From the IMG/VR virus record IMGVR_UViG_3300027719_000005, positions 1-62,461 of that record: 62,461 nt of DNA; one strand, given 5' to 3'. The notes under the pieces were generated by a model, which worked only from the letters and a program-made list of their open reading frames with translations, was not told where the DNA came from and did no database searches. The DNA is from a virus. Lineage: Duplodnaviria; Caudoviricetes. Positions 54,120 to 62,461 of the stretch are shown here, piece after piece. Both the position numbers and the translations under genes were made by a program. Position 1 is the stretch's first letter. Every line of letters starts with the position of its first letter.

Positions 54120-56060
54120 ATGGAAATAGCAATTAAGAAATTGATCATTGTCAATTTTAAAAAGGTTAAAAACCTTACCGTTGATTTTAACCAGACAACA
54201 AGTATTTCTGGAGATAACGCAACCTGTAAGACTACAATATTCGATGCCTTTACGTGGCTTCTGTTCGGAAAGGATAGCCATGATAAGAAGGATTTCAACA
54301 TTAAGACCTTAGACCCAACAGGTGTAGCAATACCAATGCTGAATCACGAAGTATCGGGGGTTCTCAGCGTGGATGGCGCACCTGTTGAACTAAGGCGATT
54401 ATACGAGGAGGAGTGGACTAAGAAAAGAGGCTCTGAAATTGCGGAATTTACCGGACACAAAACATCATACTTCTATAATGGTATTCCTTTAAGCCAAAAG
54501 GAGTACCAGGTGAAAATAGACTCTATATGTAATGAGACTCTTTTTAAACTGATCACAAATCCTCTATTCTTTCCAAGTACCAAGTGGCAGGATCAGCGTA
54601 GTATTCTTTTCGATATTGCTGGAAATATCACAAACGAGGAGGTGGCTAGTTCCGATGTTCGCTTCAAGGAGTTACTGGATAGCCTTTCAGGAAAAAGCAT
54701 TGAGGAGTATAAAAAACAGATTGCCTCCAAGAAAAAAGAGCTCAAAGACAAAATTACCCTCATCCCTTCAAGGGTAGATGAGGCCATGAGAATGATCCCC
54801 GAAAAGGTTGAAGGACTTGAAAAGGAGAAAGAGGAGTTAGTAAACTCTATTAGGGCTATTGATGAAGCTATGGCAGATACAAGGCGTAGCAATTTGGAGG
54901 CAGAGGGAAAAAGGAAGGAGCGTCAATCTAAAGTGGTTGAACTATCCAACAAGCAAATGGCTATTATACAGGATGCCTCCAAAAAGGAAAACGATCTTTA
55001 CTACAAGGCCCTTAACCAGAAGGAAGAATTAAAAAGGGTGCTTAGTAGCCATGAATCAACTCTATCCCAATTAGAGAGCGAACATAACACCCTTATAAAT
55101 AAAGGGAATACTCTAAGTTCATCTATCGAAATAAAAAGGGGTGACTTTGCCAAGGTAAAAGCAGAGGAGTACAGCTTTAAGGATAACGATCTTCAATGCC
55201 CTTTATGTAAAAGAGAGTATGAAAATCTGGAGAGTAAAAAAGAAACCCTGCTAAATGATTACAATAATCATAAGGCTAACAGCCTAAAAACTATCAACGA
55301 GGAAGGGTTAAAACTTAAAAATGAACTACTCGCCAACACAACTAAAATAAGCGAGATTAGTGCTGAAATATCCTCCTTGAAAACATTAATTGAGGAAAGC
55401 AAAACGCTCCTATCCACATTTAACAACCTTGAATTTAAAACGGTAGTTCCTCAAAATCTCCCAGAGTGGAATACTCTACAGCAGGAGATTGATACCATCA
55501 ATTCTACCACTGTGGACACTACTGATATATCCGATCTTATATCTGAAAGACAGCTGTTGGATGTGAAACTAGGGGAGGTAAATAAGAAAATTCAAGTTCA
55601 GAGTTTAATCCCAGAGATCGAAAAGAGGGTAGAAGAGTTAAATAATCAGTTAAAAACCTTATCCCAAGAACTTGCCTCATTTGAGAAGGTTGAATTTATA
55701 ATACAGGACTTCACCAAGGCTAAAATTGGCATGGTGGAAAATAGGATCAACTCACTTTTTGAAGTGGTGCGATTTAAACTATTCAACACTCAAATAAATG
55801 GAGGTGAAGAGGAAACCTGTGAAATATCGGTAGATGGAGTTCCTTTCTCTGACTTAAATACAGCCATGAAAACCTACGCTGGAATGGATGTGATCAATGC
55901 TATCTCAAAACACAAGGATGTGTACGCTCCTATATTCATTGATAATAGAGAATCAATAACCCGAATACCAAAAACACATGCTCAAATTATTAATCTTTTA
56001 AAGGTAACAGGGCAGAAAGAACTAATGGTGAAACATACAGAAGATTTAAAAACCGCTTAA
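54120..56060 (+). CDS. SbcC/Rad50-like AAA ATPase
   Basis: GDNATCKTT, long coiled coil, CPLC hook, IFIDNRE. Confidence 0.85.
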   Translation: MEIAIKKLIIVNFKKVKNLTVDFNQTTSISGDNATCKTTIFDAFTWLLFGKDSHDKKDFNIKTLDPTGVAIPMLNHEVSGVLSVDGAPVELRRLYEEEWTKKRGSEIAEFTGHKTSYFYNGIPLSQKEYQVKIDSICNETLFKLITNPLFFPSTKWQDQRSILFDIAGNITNEEVASSDVRFKELLDSLSGKSIEEYKKQIASKKKELKDKITLIPSRVDEAMRMIPEKVEGLEKEKEELVNSIRAIDEAMADTRRSNLEAEGKRKERQSKVVELSNKQMAIIQDASKKENDLYYKALNQKEELKRVLSSHESTLSQLESEHNTLINKGNTLSSSIEIKRGDFAKVKAEEYSFKDNDLQCPLCKREYENLESKKETLLNDYNNHKANSLKTINEEGLKLKNELLANTTKISEISAEISSLKTLIEESKTLLSTFNNLEFKTVVPQNLPEWNTLQQEIDTINSTTVDTTDISDLISERQLLDVKLGEVNKKIQVQSLIPEIEKRVEELNNQLKTLSQELASFEKVEFIIQDFTKAKIGMVENRINSLFEVVRFKLFNTQINGGEEETCEISVDGVPFSDLNTAMKTYAGMDVINAISKHKDVYAPIFIDNRESITRIPKTHAQIINLLKVTGQKELMVKHTEDLKTA

Positions 56061-56070
56061 TAGTACAATT

Positions 56071-56907
56071 ATGGAAGCAAAATTAGCAACAACGACAAGT
56101 TCGACACCCCAGGTGTTCAACTTTTTCAACCCAGAACATTTTGAAACCATGCAAAGGGTCTGTAAAATGTTCGCCAACTCAGAGTTGGTACCTGATATGT
56201 ATAAAATCAGTAAGGATAACCCAGAGGCAAAGGCTGTGGCAAACTGCATGATTGCGGTAGAAATAGCCACAAGAATAGGTGCGTCTCCTTTAATGGTTAT
56301 GCAAAACATGACTCCTATTTACGGTAAGCCTTCATGGAGTTCTAAGTTTTTAATCGCTACTGTAAATTCTTGCGGAAGATTTGAGGCTTTAATGTTTAAG
56401 TTCATAAACTTGGGAAAAGTAGGGAAAGTGAACTACACTGAATATGTGTGGGAGAATAGCAAAAAAGTTCAAAAGATTAGAGAGTTTGATGGAACTAATG
56501 TGGATAATTTAGAATGCATCGCCTTCACTAACTCAAAAGGGAATAACGTTATTTTAGAATCATCTCCTGTATCTATTTTAATGGCAATTAAAGAAGGATG
56601 GTACACGAAGAACGGCTCAAAATGGCCGACAATGACTCGTCAAATGTTAACATATAGAAGTGCTTCTTTTTGGACTTCCGCTTACGCTCCAGAATTATCA
56701 ATGGGAATGAAAACCGTTGAAGAAATTAGAGACATTGAGGATGCGGAGTGCGAGGTAATCACCGATAAAAAAACAAGAGACAATGCCATACAAGAATTGG
56801 CTAACTCTCAAGAGATACCTATTCAAGAAATAGCAGAAGAACTAATTCCTGATAAAAAAACAGAAGAAGTAAAGAGTGACCCTAAACAAGAAGATATAGC
56901 CTTCTAA
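56071..56907 (+). CDS. Putative ssDNA-annealing recombinase (RecT-like)
   Basis: SKWPTMTRQMLTYRSA..YAPE; acidic tail ending DIAF; sits between the ATPase and the MBL gene. Confidence 0.7.
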   Translation: MEAKLATTTSSTPQVFNFFNPEHFETMQRVCKMFANSELVPDMYKISKDNPEAKAVANCMIAVEIATRIGASPLMVMQNMTPIYGKPSWSSKFLIATVNSCGRFEALMFKFINLGKVGKVNYTEYVWENSKKVQKIREFDGTNVDNLECIAFTNSKGNNVILESSPVSILMAIKEGWYTKNGSKWPTMTRQMLTYRSASFWTSAYAPELSMGMKTVEEIRDIEDAECEVITDKKTRDNAIQELANSQEIPIQEIAEELIPDKKTEEVKSDPKQEDIAF

Positions 56908-57620
56908 TGGAACTAAGAGTACTTGGATCGAACAGTGCTGGCAATGGTTATATTCTAACCAATAATAGGGAAACCCTGCTGTTGGAGTGTGGAGTTAAAC
57001 CATTGGAGGTGAAAAAATCACTTGATTTTGATATATCTACCATTGCTGGTGCTGTTGTTTCTCATTCTCACAACGATCATTCAAAGTACATTAAAGACTA
57101 CCTAGAGCTAGGAATAGTGGTTGTATCCGGGGAGGAAACATTTGAGGCTAAAGGAATAGTTAACCACAACGCAAAACCAGTTAAGGCATTGAAGAGTTAC
57201 AAACTGGGGAATTTCAAGATTATTCCTTTTGACTTAAAGCATGATGTTCCCTGTTTTGGATACCTGATTGATCACGATGAAATGGGAAGGTTGATATTTA
57301 TTACAGATACATACCTATGCAAGTACACCTTCCCTAATGTTAACCACTGGCTAGTAGAGGCTAATTACTCCGATGATATACTAAGCAGAAGTAATTGTCC
57401 ATACAAGAGGAGGGTTTACACCTCTCACATGAGTTTAGAAACTGCAAAATCTATGCTTTTAGCCAACGATCTATCCAAGACTGGGGTAATTGTACTGTGT
57501 CACCTTTCCGATGGTCATAGCGATGAGAAAAGGTTTGTTCAGGAGGTTCAGGAGCAGTTTGGAATTGCTGTAGTGGCCGCTAATAAAAATGTAACCGTTA
57601 ATCTAACAAAGGTATGCTAG
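56907..57620 (+). CDS. Metallo-beta-lactamase-fold nuclease
   Basis: SHSHNDH, HD, TDT, EANY, HLS. Confidence 0.88.
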   Translation: MELRVLGSNSAGNGYILTNNRETLLLECGVKPLEVKKSLDFDISTIAGAVVSHSHNDHSKYIKDYLELGIVVVSGEETFEAKGIVNHNAKPVKALKSYKLGNFKIIPFDLKHDVPCFGYLIDHDEMGRLIFITDTYLCKYTFPNVNHWLVEANYSDDILSRSNCPYKRRVYTSHMSLETAKSMLLANDLSKTGVIVLCHLSDGHSDEKRFVQEVQEQFGIAVVAANKNVTVNLTKVC

Positions 57621-58000
57621 AGGAGTGCAATAATATACAGGCTTGGATGTACGAGGAGCGAGGTGATAGCCTAGCGGAGATAATAGAGCGAGGCAATACG
57701 GCCAACGATTACATTGCTAGAACTGGAGAAATGCTTGCCGATGCCAAGAGAATACTCAGGGAGAAGATGAGAAGTGAAATAATGAAAGACCTTATTGATG
57801 TGATTAATAAAACTCCCTACATGACCTCTAAAGCCATTAATGCCCTTGTAGAATCACTATGCAGTAACGAGCATTACTTGGTGGATAAACTCGAAAGGTT
57901 AAACCACTCCCTAGTTAAAGAGCATGAATGGTGCCGAACTAGAGTATCGTTAGCAAAACAGGAAATGCAGTATGATCTATTTGTAAATAAACCACGATGA
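57614..58000 (+). CDS. Hypothetical helical protein
   Basis: 128 aa, coupled. Confidence 0.55.
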   Translation: MLEECNNIQAWMYEERGDSLAEIIERGNTANDYIARTGEMLADAKRILREKMRSEIMKDLIDVINKTPYMTSKAINALVESLCSNEHYLVDKLERLNHSLVKEHEWCRTRVSLAKQEMQYDLFVNKPR

Positions 58001-58398
58001 GTCCAGTAGTTATAAAAAAACTAGACGAGGTATTCTCTGAGTTTATAAGACTTCGGGATGCCGATAGCAATGGAATTGTTCACTGTATATCGTGTAAAAA
58101 CCCATTCCATTGGAAGAGTGTTGATGCTGGTCATTTTATTCCACGATCCAACATGGCTACTCGCTTTAATGAAATAAATGTAAACGGCCAATGTAAGGAC
58201 TGTAACCAGTTTAAAAGCGGGAATACTGTTGCATACCTCCGAGGACTGAGAGAAAAATACGGACAACGAGGGGTAGATGAACTTATGGCCTACAAAAATC
58301 AAACTGCTAAAATTTCAGACAGTGAAGGCCAAGGAATGATTAAGGAGTACAAGGGAAAAATCAAAATATTAAAAGAGGAAAAGTACCAAGGATGTTAA
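57997..58398 (+). CDS. ninG: NinG/Rap-like HNH-type endonuclease
   Basis: FIRLRD..CISC..DAGHF..RFNE.N..QC..CN. Confidence 0.85.
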   Translation: MSPVVIKKLDEVFSEFIRLRDADSNGIVHCISCKNPFHWKSVDAGHFIPRSNMATRFNEINVNGQCKDCNQFKSGNTVAYLRGLREKYGQRGVDELMAYKNQTAKISDSEGQGMIKEYKGKIKILKEEKYQGC

Positions 58399-58597
58399 CC
58401 GAGGGTTATATCCCCCATAAACTAGGAGAAACTTCGCTTCTATGAGGGTTAAGAATAGTTGTTGATAATGAACCTAAGGATGTCTATGAAACATTTTCAA
58501 CAAGGAATATAGCAGGGGGTATGTAAAAAGGAAACTGCAATTCTTAGCAAAGGGCGTTACCTCCACGATACGGAGGTTAATTTTAAAACTTAAAACT

Positions 58598-58870
58598 ATG
58601 TATTTCAACACGACAAAACTAAAAGGTACTATACTTAGTCTTTTCGAGGAGAAGGCCAAGAACCAGGATGAGGATGTGCTAAGAGCATTTAGAATACTCA
58701 AAACAGCCTCCCCTTCGAAGGTGTATGATTACATACAAACCAAGAGTCCACTAACCTCCATCAGAAGGTCTATTTACAACCTGACCAAAGAGGGAAGATT
58801 GACTAAAACCGATAAAAAGGTCATCGGGAAATACGGCAGACCTGAATATGTATGGATTTTTAAAAACTGA
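58598..58870 (+). CDS. Winged-helix protein
   Basis: LTSIRRSIYNLTKEG...GKYGRPEYVW. Confidence 0.65.
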   Translation: MYFNTTKLKGTILSLFEEKAKNQDEDVLRAFRILKTASPSKVYDYIQTKSPLTSIRRSIYNLTKEGRLTKTDKKVIGKYGRPEYVWIFKN

Positions 58871-58874
58871 TATT

Positions 58875-59291
58875 ATGGTAAACAAGGTTATTCTAGTCGG
58901 AAATGTAGGGAAAGAACCCGAAGTAAAACATCTTGATAGCGGAGTTTCTGTTGCTCGACTATCGCTTGCTACAAATGAAACATACACCGACAAATCGGGG
59001 AAAAAAGTAACGCAAACGGAATGGCATAATATTGTCATCTGGAGAGGATTGGCAGAGGTGGTGGAAAAATACGTTAAAAGCGGCCATCCTTTATACATTG
59101 AAGGGAAACTACGCTATTCTACCTACGAGGACAAAGAAGGCAAAAAACAGTACAGAACGGAGATTATTTGCGACAATTTAAGGATGCTTGGAGGTAAAAG
59201 CGACAAGCAAGAAGTAGAAGCGCAAGAACCCACTTTGCCTCCAACACAGGATTTTAATGTCAATGTTCCGGGCGATGATTTACCATTCTAA
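58875..59291 (+). CDS. ssb: Single-stranded DNA-binding protein
   Basis: MVNKVILVGNVGKEPE...TEWH...DDLPF. Confidence 0.95.
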   Translation: MVNKVILVGNVGKEPEVKHLDSGVSVARLSLATNETYTDKSGKKVTQTEWHNIVIWRGLAEVVEKYVKSGHPLYIEGKLRYSTYEDKEGKKQYRTEIICDNLRMLGGKSDKQEVEAQEPTLPPTQDFNVNVPGDDLPF

Positions 59292-59302
59292 CTCATATTA
59301 TT

Positions 59303-60094
59303 ATGGCTCTAAGAGATCAACCGTATTTGCCTCTTTTTATTCAAGATATAATGACTGATGAAAAGCTAAATGAATGTAGCGCATCAACTCATGGAATATA
59401 CATAAAGGGGATAATGTGCTTAATGCACAAATCGGATGAGTATGGTAAACTTTTGTTAAAACAAAATTACAAACAAACTTCCGACACGAGTTTAAATTTT
59501 GGTTTGCAACTTACCAAACATTTGCCCTATTCACCGCAAGAAATAAAAATTGCCATTGATGAATTAATAAGAGAGCGTGTTTGTTTTTTTGAAGATGATT
59601 ATTTGTGTCAAAAGCGCATGATTAGGGATAATGACATTAGTGAATCGAGGAGTAAGGCAGGAAAAAAAGGAGGTGGAAATCCAACATTTGTTAAAACAAA
59701 ATCACAAACAAAACCACAAACAAACACTGAATATGAATATGAAAATGAATATGAAATTATAAATAATAAAAAGGAGCAAATTAAAATTTTGTGCAAGGAT
59801 AATTTTGAAAGTGTTCTAACCGCATTTGGAAAGTGGAGGAATTATCTACTAAAACAGCACGAAGTTGTTCTACAGGAAAATGAGTTTACCTACGACATAC
59901 TTCTGGATGCAATAAAGCGCATTGGTGCGGATAAATTAATTGAGGCGATAGATTATAGCATTGTATCCAGATTTAAGAAGATATACGAGCAAAAGGATTA
60001 CCCTAAAAAAGAATCCAAACAAGACCAAACACACCCTAAAAAAGTTAATGACGCATGGAGCGAAAAGAAGAAAAAACTGGGAATAGAGGGGTAA
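59303..60094 (+). CDS. Replication initiator protein
   Basis: PYLPLF..D N-terminus, AGKKGG, low-complexity iteron-bearing linker; upstream of a loader ATPase. Confidence 0.75.
   Translation: MALRDQPYLPLFIQDIMTDEKLNECSASTHGIYIKGIMCLMHKSDEYGKLLLKQNYKQTSDTSLNFGLQLTKHLPYSPQEIKIAIDELIRERVCFFEDDYLCQKRMIRDNDISESRSKAGKKGGGNPTFVKTKSQTKPQTNTEYEYENEYEIINNKKEQIKILCKDNFESVLTAFGKWRNYLLKQHEVVLQENEFTYDILLDAIKRIGADKLIEAIDYSIVSRFKKIYEQKDYPKKESKQDQTHPKKVNDAWSEKKKKLGIEG
59452..59757. repeat. Putative iterons/origin inside the initiator gene
   Basis: TTTGTTAAAACAAAAT(T/C)ACAAACAAA at 59452-59477 and 59687-59712, then ACAAACAAA and TGAA(T/A)A tandem repeats. Confidence 0.6.
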
Positions 60095-60711
60095 TTGAGC
60101 GTATTCAGTACATCCCTTTCAAAATGGAGTTAGCCTTGAAGTACTTCTATAAGATTTTAACCGCTTTTGAGCCTAACTACCGGATGAGCAAGTTTAATGA
60201 GCAGGTTGTAATTGATATTATCAACTATGTACACGGATCGGAAGGGAACTACGATAATAGCAAAGCAATAGGCTTTATAGGATCAACTGGAAGTGGAAAG
60301 ACACTAACCATGAAAGCAATGATTGAGTACATGAAAATTGATGAGGTTAAATGCTTCTGTGGTGCAAGAGTTATTCCATTTTACCCTACAGAGATGATGA
60401 GCATTAGACAGTATCAGGGAATGTATGAAACAAACGGATACGATGGCTTAGAGGCAACATTTAGGAGGTTTAACATCATCGTGGACGAACTAGGCGCAGA
60501 GCGAGGAGCAAGTAAGCATTACGGCAATGAGATCAATATTGTTGAAGCAATCATTGAGGAACGGTATAGCCGGGGCAATATTACCAACTTCACCAGTAAT
60601 TGCACCGAGGCAGAATTGGAGGAGAAGTATGGAGATAGAGTTTACTCCCGAATGAAGGAGAAAACAAACATCATTGAATTTTTAGACAAGGATTGGAGAT
60701 TAGACAAATAA
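60055..60711 (+). CDS. DnaC/IstB-like helicase loader ATPase
   Basis: GSTGSGKT, VDELG, TSN, YGDRVYSR; start uncertain. Confidence 0.85.
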   Translation: MERKEEKTGNRGVIERIQYIPFKMELALKYFYKILTAFEPNYRMSKFNEQVVIDIINYVHGSEGNYDNSKAIGFIGSTGSGKTLTMKAMIEYMKIDEVKCFCGARVIPFYPTEMMSIRQYQGMYETNGYDGLEATFRRFNIIVDELGAERGASKHYGNEINIVEAIIEERYSRGNITNFTSNCTEAELEEKYGDRVYSRMKEKTNIIEFLDKDWRLDK

Positions 60712-60730
60712 CAACTTAACCTATAAACCT

Positions 60731-61042
60731 ATGAGCGCAATTAAAGAATTTTTATCGTTTGTACTAGAGTACGGCAAGGCTAATATCAGAAATAGACGAT
60801 TGATGGCCGCAGAAAGAATTGCTTTGCGATTAACCAACAAGGACAGAAGAACCCGGTATATAATCCGAGGTCGTGGAAATAAGTACATTATTTTCACCAA
60901 TATGGAGGTTGATACCTTGAAAAACAGAGGAATCCTTCGGGCTGACCTGAATATTTACACGTTGTCGATTATATGCGACAGTGAAATAGCCTATTGTGGA
61001 TCAAGAGGAGGGGCTTATATAAAAGGCAAACAAAATGGCTAA
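60731..61042 (+). CDS. Hypothetical basic protein
   Basis: 103 aa. Confidence 0.55.
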   Translation: MSAIKEFLSFVLEYGKANIRNRRLMAAERIALRLTNKDRRTRYIIRGRGNKYIIFTNMEVDTLKNRGILRADLNIYTLSIICDSEIAYCGSRGGAYIKGKQNG

Positions 61043-61601
61043 TTCATACGGAGAAGTAATTATAGAATGTATCTGTAATTACTACACGATTAATCTGGAG
61101 GAGTACTACAGTAAACTGAAAATCAGGAAGAGAGAATTTGTTAACGCGAGACAGTTAACCATGTTCTTCCTGTTTGAGTTTACTCGTTACTCCCAGTCAA
61201 AGATTGGCAGTTTGGGTGGAGGAAAGGACCACGCCACTGCCATTCATGCAAAAAAAACTGTAATAAATCTTATTGACACAGATAAGGAGTACGCTAATAC
61301 TGTTGACACTTTGAGGGAGATAATCAAGATAAGACTAGAACAGTTTGAGGCTCAACAACCAGTAGATAAAGAAAAAGCAGAGTATAAAGAGCCGGAGTTT
61401 ATTAAATTAAGAAACATAACCATAGAGAAACGACTTGATGGGATGAGATGGCATATCATTATCGTTAAGAATGACAACAAGCCTATCACAGTTAATGATA
61501 TTGTTTACGCCAAAGTAAAAGTCAACATAGGGAAAGAATTAACACTTCCCATCCCTGATTGCATTTCCAAATCCAACGAAATACACCTCTGGGAAGTCTA
61601 G
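61035..61601 (+). CDS. Protein with DnaA domain IV-like (Bac_DnaA_C) HTH
   Basis: RKREFVNARQLTMF..SQSKIG..GGKDHATAIHA. Confidence 0.8.
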   Translation: MANSYGEVIIECICNYYTINLEEYYSKLKIRKREFVNARQLTMFFLFEFTRYSQSKIGSLGGGKDHATAIHAKKTVINLIDTDKEYANTVDTLREIIKIRLEQFEAQQPVDKEKAEYKEPEFIKLRNITIEKRLDGMRWHIIIVKNDNKPITVNDIVYAKVKVNIGKELTLPIPDCISKSNEIHLWEV

Positions 61602-61682
61602 TAAATTAGGTCACATTAAAAATATTTTGACAAACGTATTAAAATATATTGTATAAAATACATAAAATACAACAAAATACTA

Positions 61683-61690
61683 TATATTTG
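61683..61690 (+). promoter_or_regulatory. Bacteroidota -7 promoter motif
   Basis: TATATTTG upstream of ATG 61709. Confidence 0.5.
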
Positions 61691-61708
61691 TTTTCAAATA
61701 ATAGACCA

Positions 61709-61984
61709 ATGAGAATTGTACTAGCAATATTTACAGATCGTTTTGAGCCATATAGCGGCTTGAGTCCATTTATAAAAAATTATCCACAGTACTCCAAGTT
61801 AATTAACAGGATTAACGAGTCCTTATCAAGAAGGAAAAAGCCCTTCGAGCATGAAGAGTTTACGCTGTTAAGGCTTGATGTTAATAAACCAAAAACTTGT
61901 GAAGAGTTTCAGCCATTCGAGTGTGAGAATTATAGAGGTTGTTTTGAATGTCCTCACAGGGTAGTAAGCAAGGCAAAAGGCTGA
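61709..61984 (+). CDS. Hypothetical protein
   Basis: Likely start MRIVLAIF. Confidence 0.5.
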   Translation: MRIVLAIFTDRFEPYSGLSPFIKNYPQYSKLINRINESLSRRKKPFEHEEFTLLRLDVNKPKTCEEFQPFECENYRGCFECPHRVVSKAKG

Positions 61985-62050
61985 ACATTGGGTAATGAAT
62001 GATTTCTCACAGTCATTCAAGAAGAGGAGGTTCGATTCCTCCTCCGGCCG
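61979..62050 (+). ncRNA. tRNA-like element with perfect T-arm and no D-arm
   Basis: Acceptor GGCTGAA/TCCGGCC-G; stem TGAATGA/TCATTCA; T-arm GGAGG-TTCGATT-CCTCC. Confidence 0.55.
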
Positions 62051-62093
62051 CAAGGAAACAACCTCACTTTGTTTAAATCAAACACTAAAAGTT

Positions 62094-62444
62094 ATGGAAG
62101 CTCAAGAATTAAGAATTGGAAATGTAGTGAATTACAGAGGAAAACAAATTGTTATCACTGCAATAAACGAAAAGGAGATATACTATAAGTATGGTTTTGC
62201 TTCAATAGAAGATCATAGCCCAATTCAACTAACGGCAGTATGGATTGACAAGTCTGGAGTGAATTACCTGAACGGTATTCATAACGACAATTTTAGCGGA
62301 ATTATCACTGTACGCTATAACACCTTTGTAAAAAGGTATGAGGTGTTAATGGGTACCATCTCGATTAGGTTTATTGATTATGTACACCAGTTACAGAATA
62401 TCTTTTATGAGTTAACTGGAGAAACCTTAAACATTAAACTTTAG
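62094..62444 (+). CDS. Phage protein of the ELRIGN...LQN..LTGE type; paralogue of 7691-8107
   Basis: True start is probably MEAQELRIGN at 62094; its 3' end is duplicated at 1-110. Confidence 0.7.
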   Translation: MEAQELRIGNVVNYRGKQIVITAINEKEIYYKYGFASIEDHSPIQLTAVWIDKSGVNYLNGIHNDNFSGIITVRYNTFVKRYEVLMGTISIRFIDYVHQLQNIFYELTGETLNIKL

Positions 62445-62461
62445 GACCATGAAAAACCTAC
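62335..62461. repeat. Terminal direct repeat, copy 2
   Basis: Identical to 1-127. Confidence 0.97.

Noticed and set aside
49906-61788. Three perfect DnaA boxes (49906, 56499 inverted, 61780)
   Set aside because: Scattered within coding regions, not clustered, and not clearly above chance in an AT-rich 62 kb genome.
61995-62093. N-terminal extension of the last ORF
   Set aside because: It overlaps the tRNA-like element; the paralogue supports the start at 62094.
1-62461. Stop-codon reassignment as in some crAss-like phages
   Set aside because: Long genes are intact in the standard code, and TAG, TGA and TAA all end genes.

Overview
The window is an apparently complete, circularly assembled temperate phage genome of about 62.3 kb: the first 127 bp recur exactly at the end. 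Gene content, TAnnTTTG promoter motifs and A-rich translation starts point to a Bacteroidota host. The virion looks podovirus-like: terminase large subunit, P22-like portal, scaffold, major capsid, tail tubular/stabilisation proteins, an S74-chaperoned tail fibre, two ejection proteins and a 5574-aa polyvalent DarB-like protein. It also carries a lysis cassette (M15 endolysin, holins, spanin-like protein), a tyrosine integrase with a tRNA-3'-end attP core and arm repeats, an S24 repressor, a recombination/replication module, a C5 methyltransferase and a DUF2829/Tad2-like anti-defence gene. The most unusual element is at about 5.4-7.2 kb: a tandem array of integron attC-like hairpins (TAACG...TGTTA, G.T-rich arms) separating short segments whose two ends are mutually complementary, with small ORFs that start inside the hairpin loops, and no integron integrase in the genome. 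All protein calls come from motif recognition and gene context by eye; no database searches were run.
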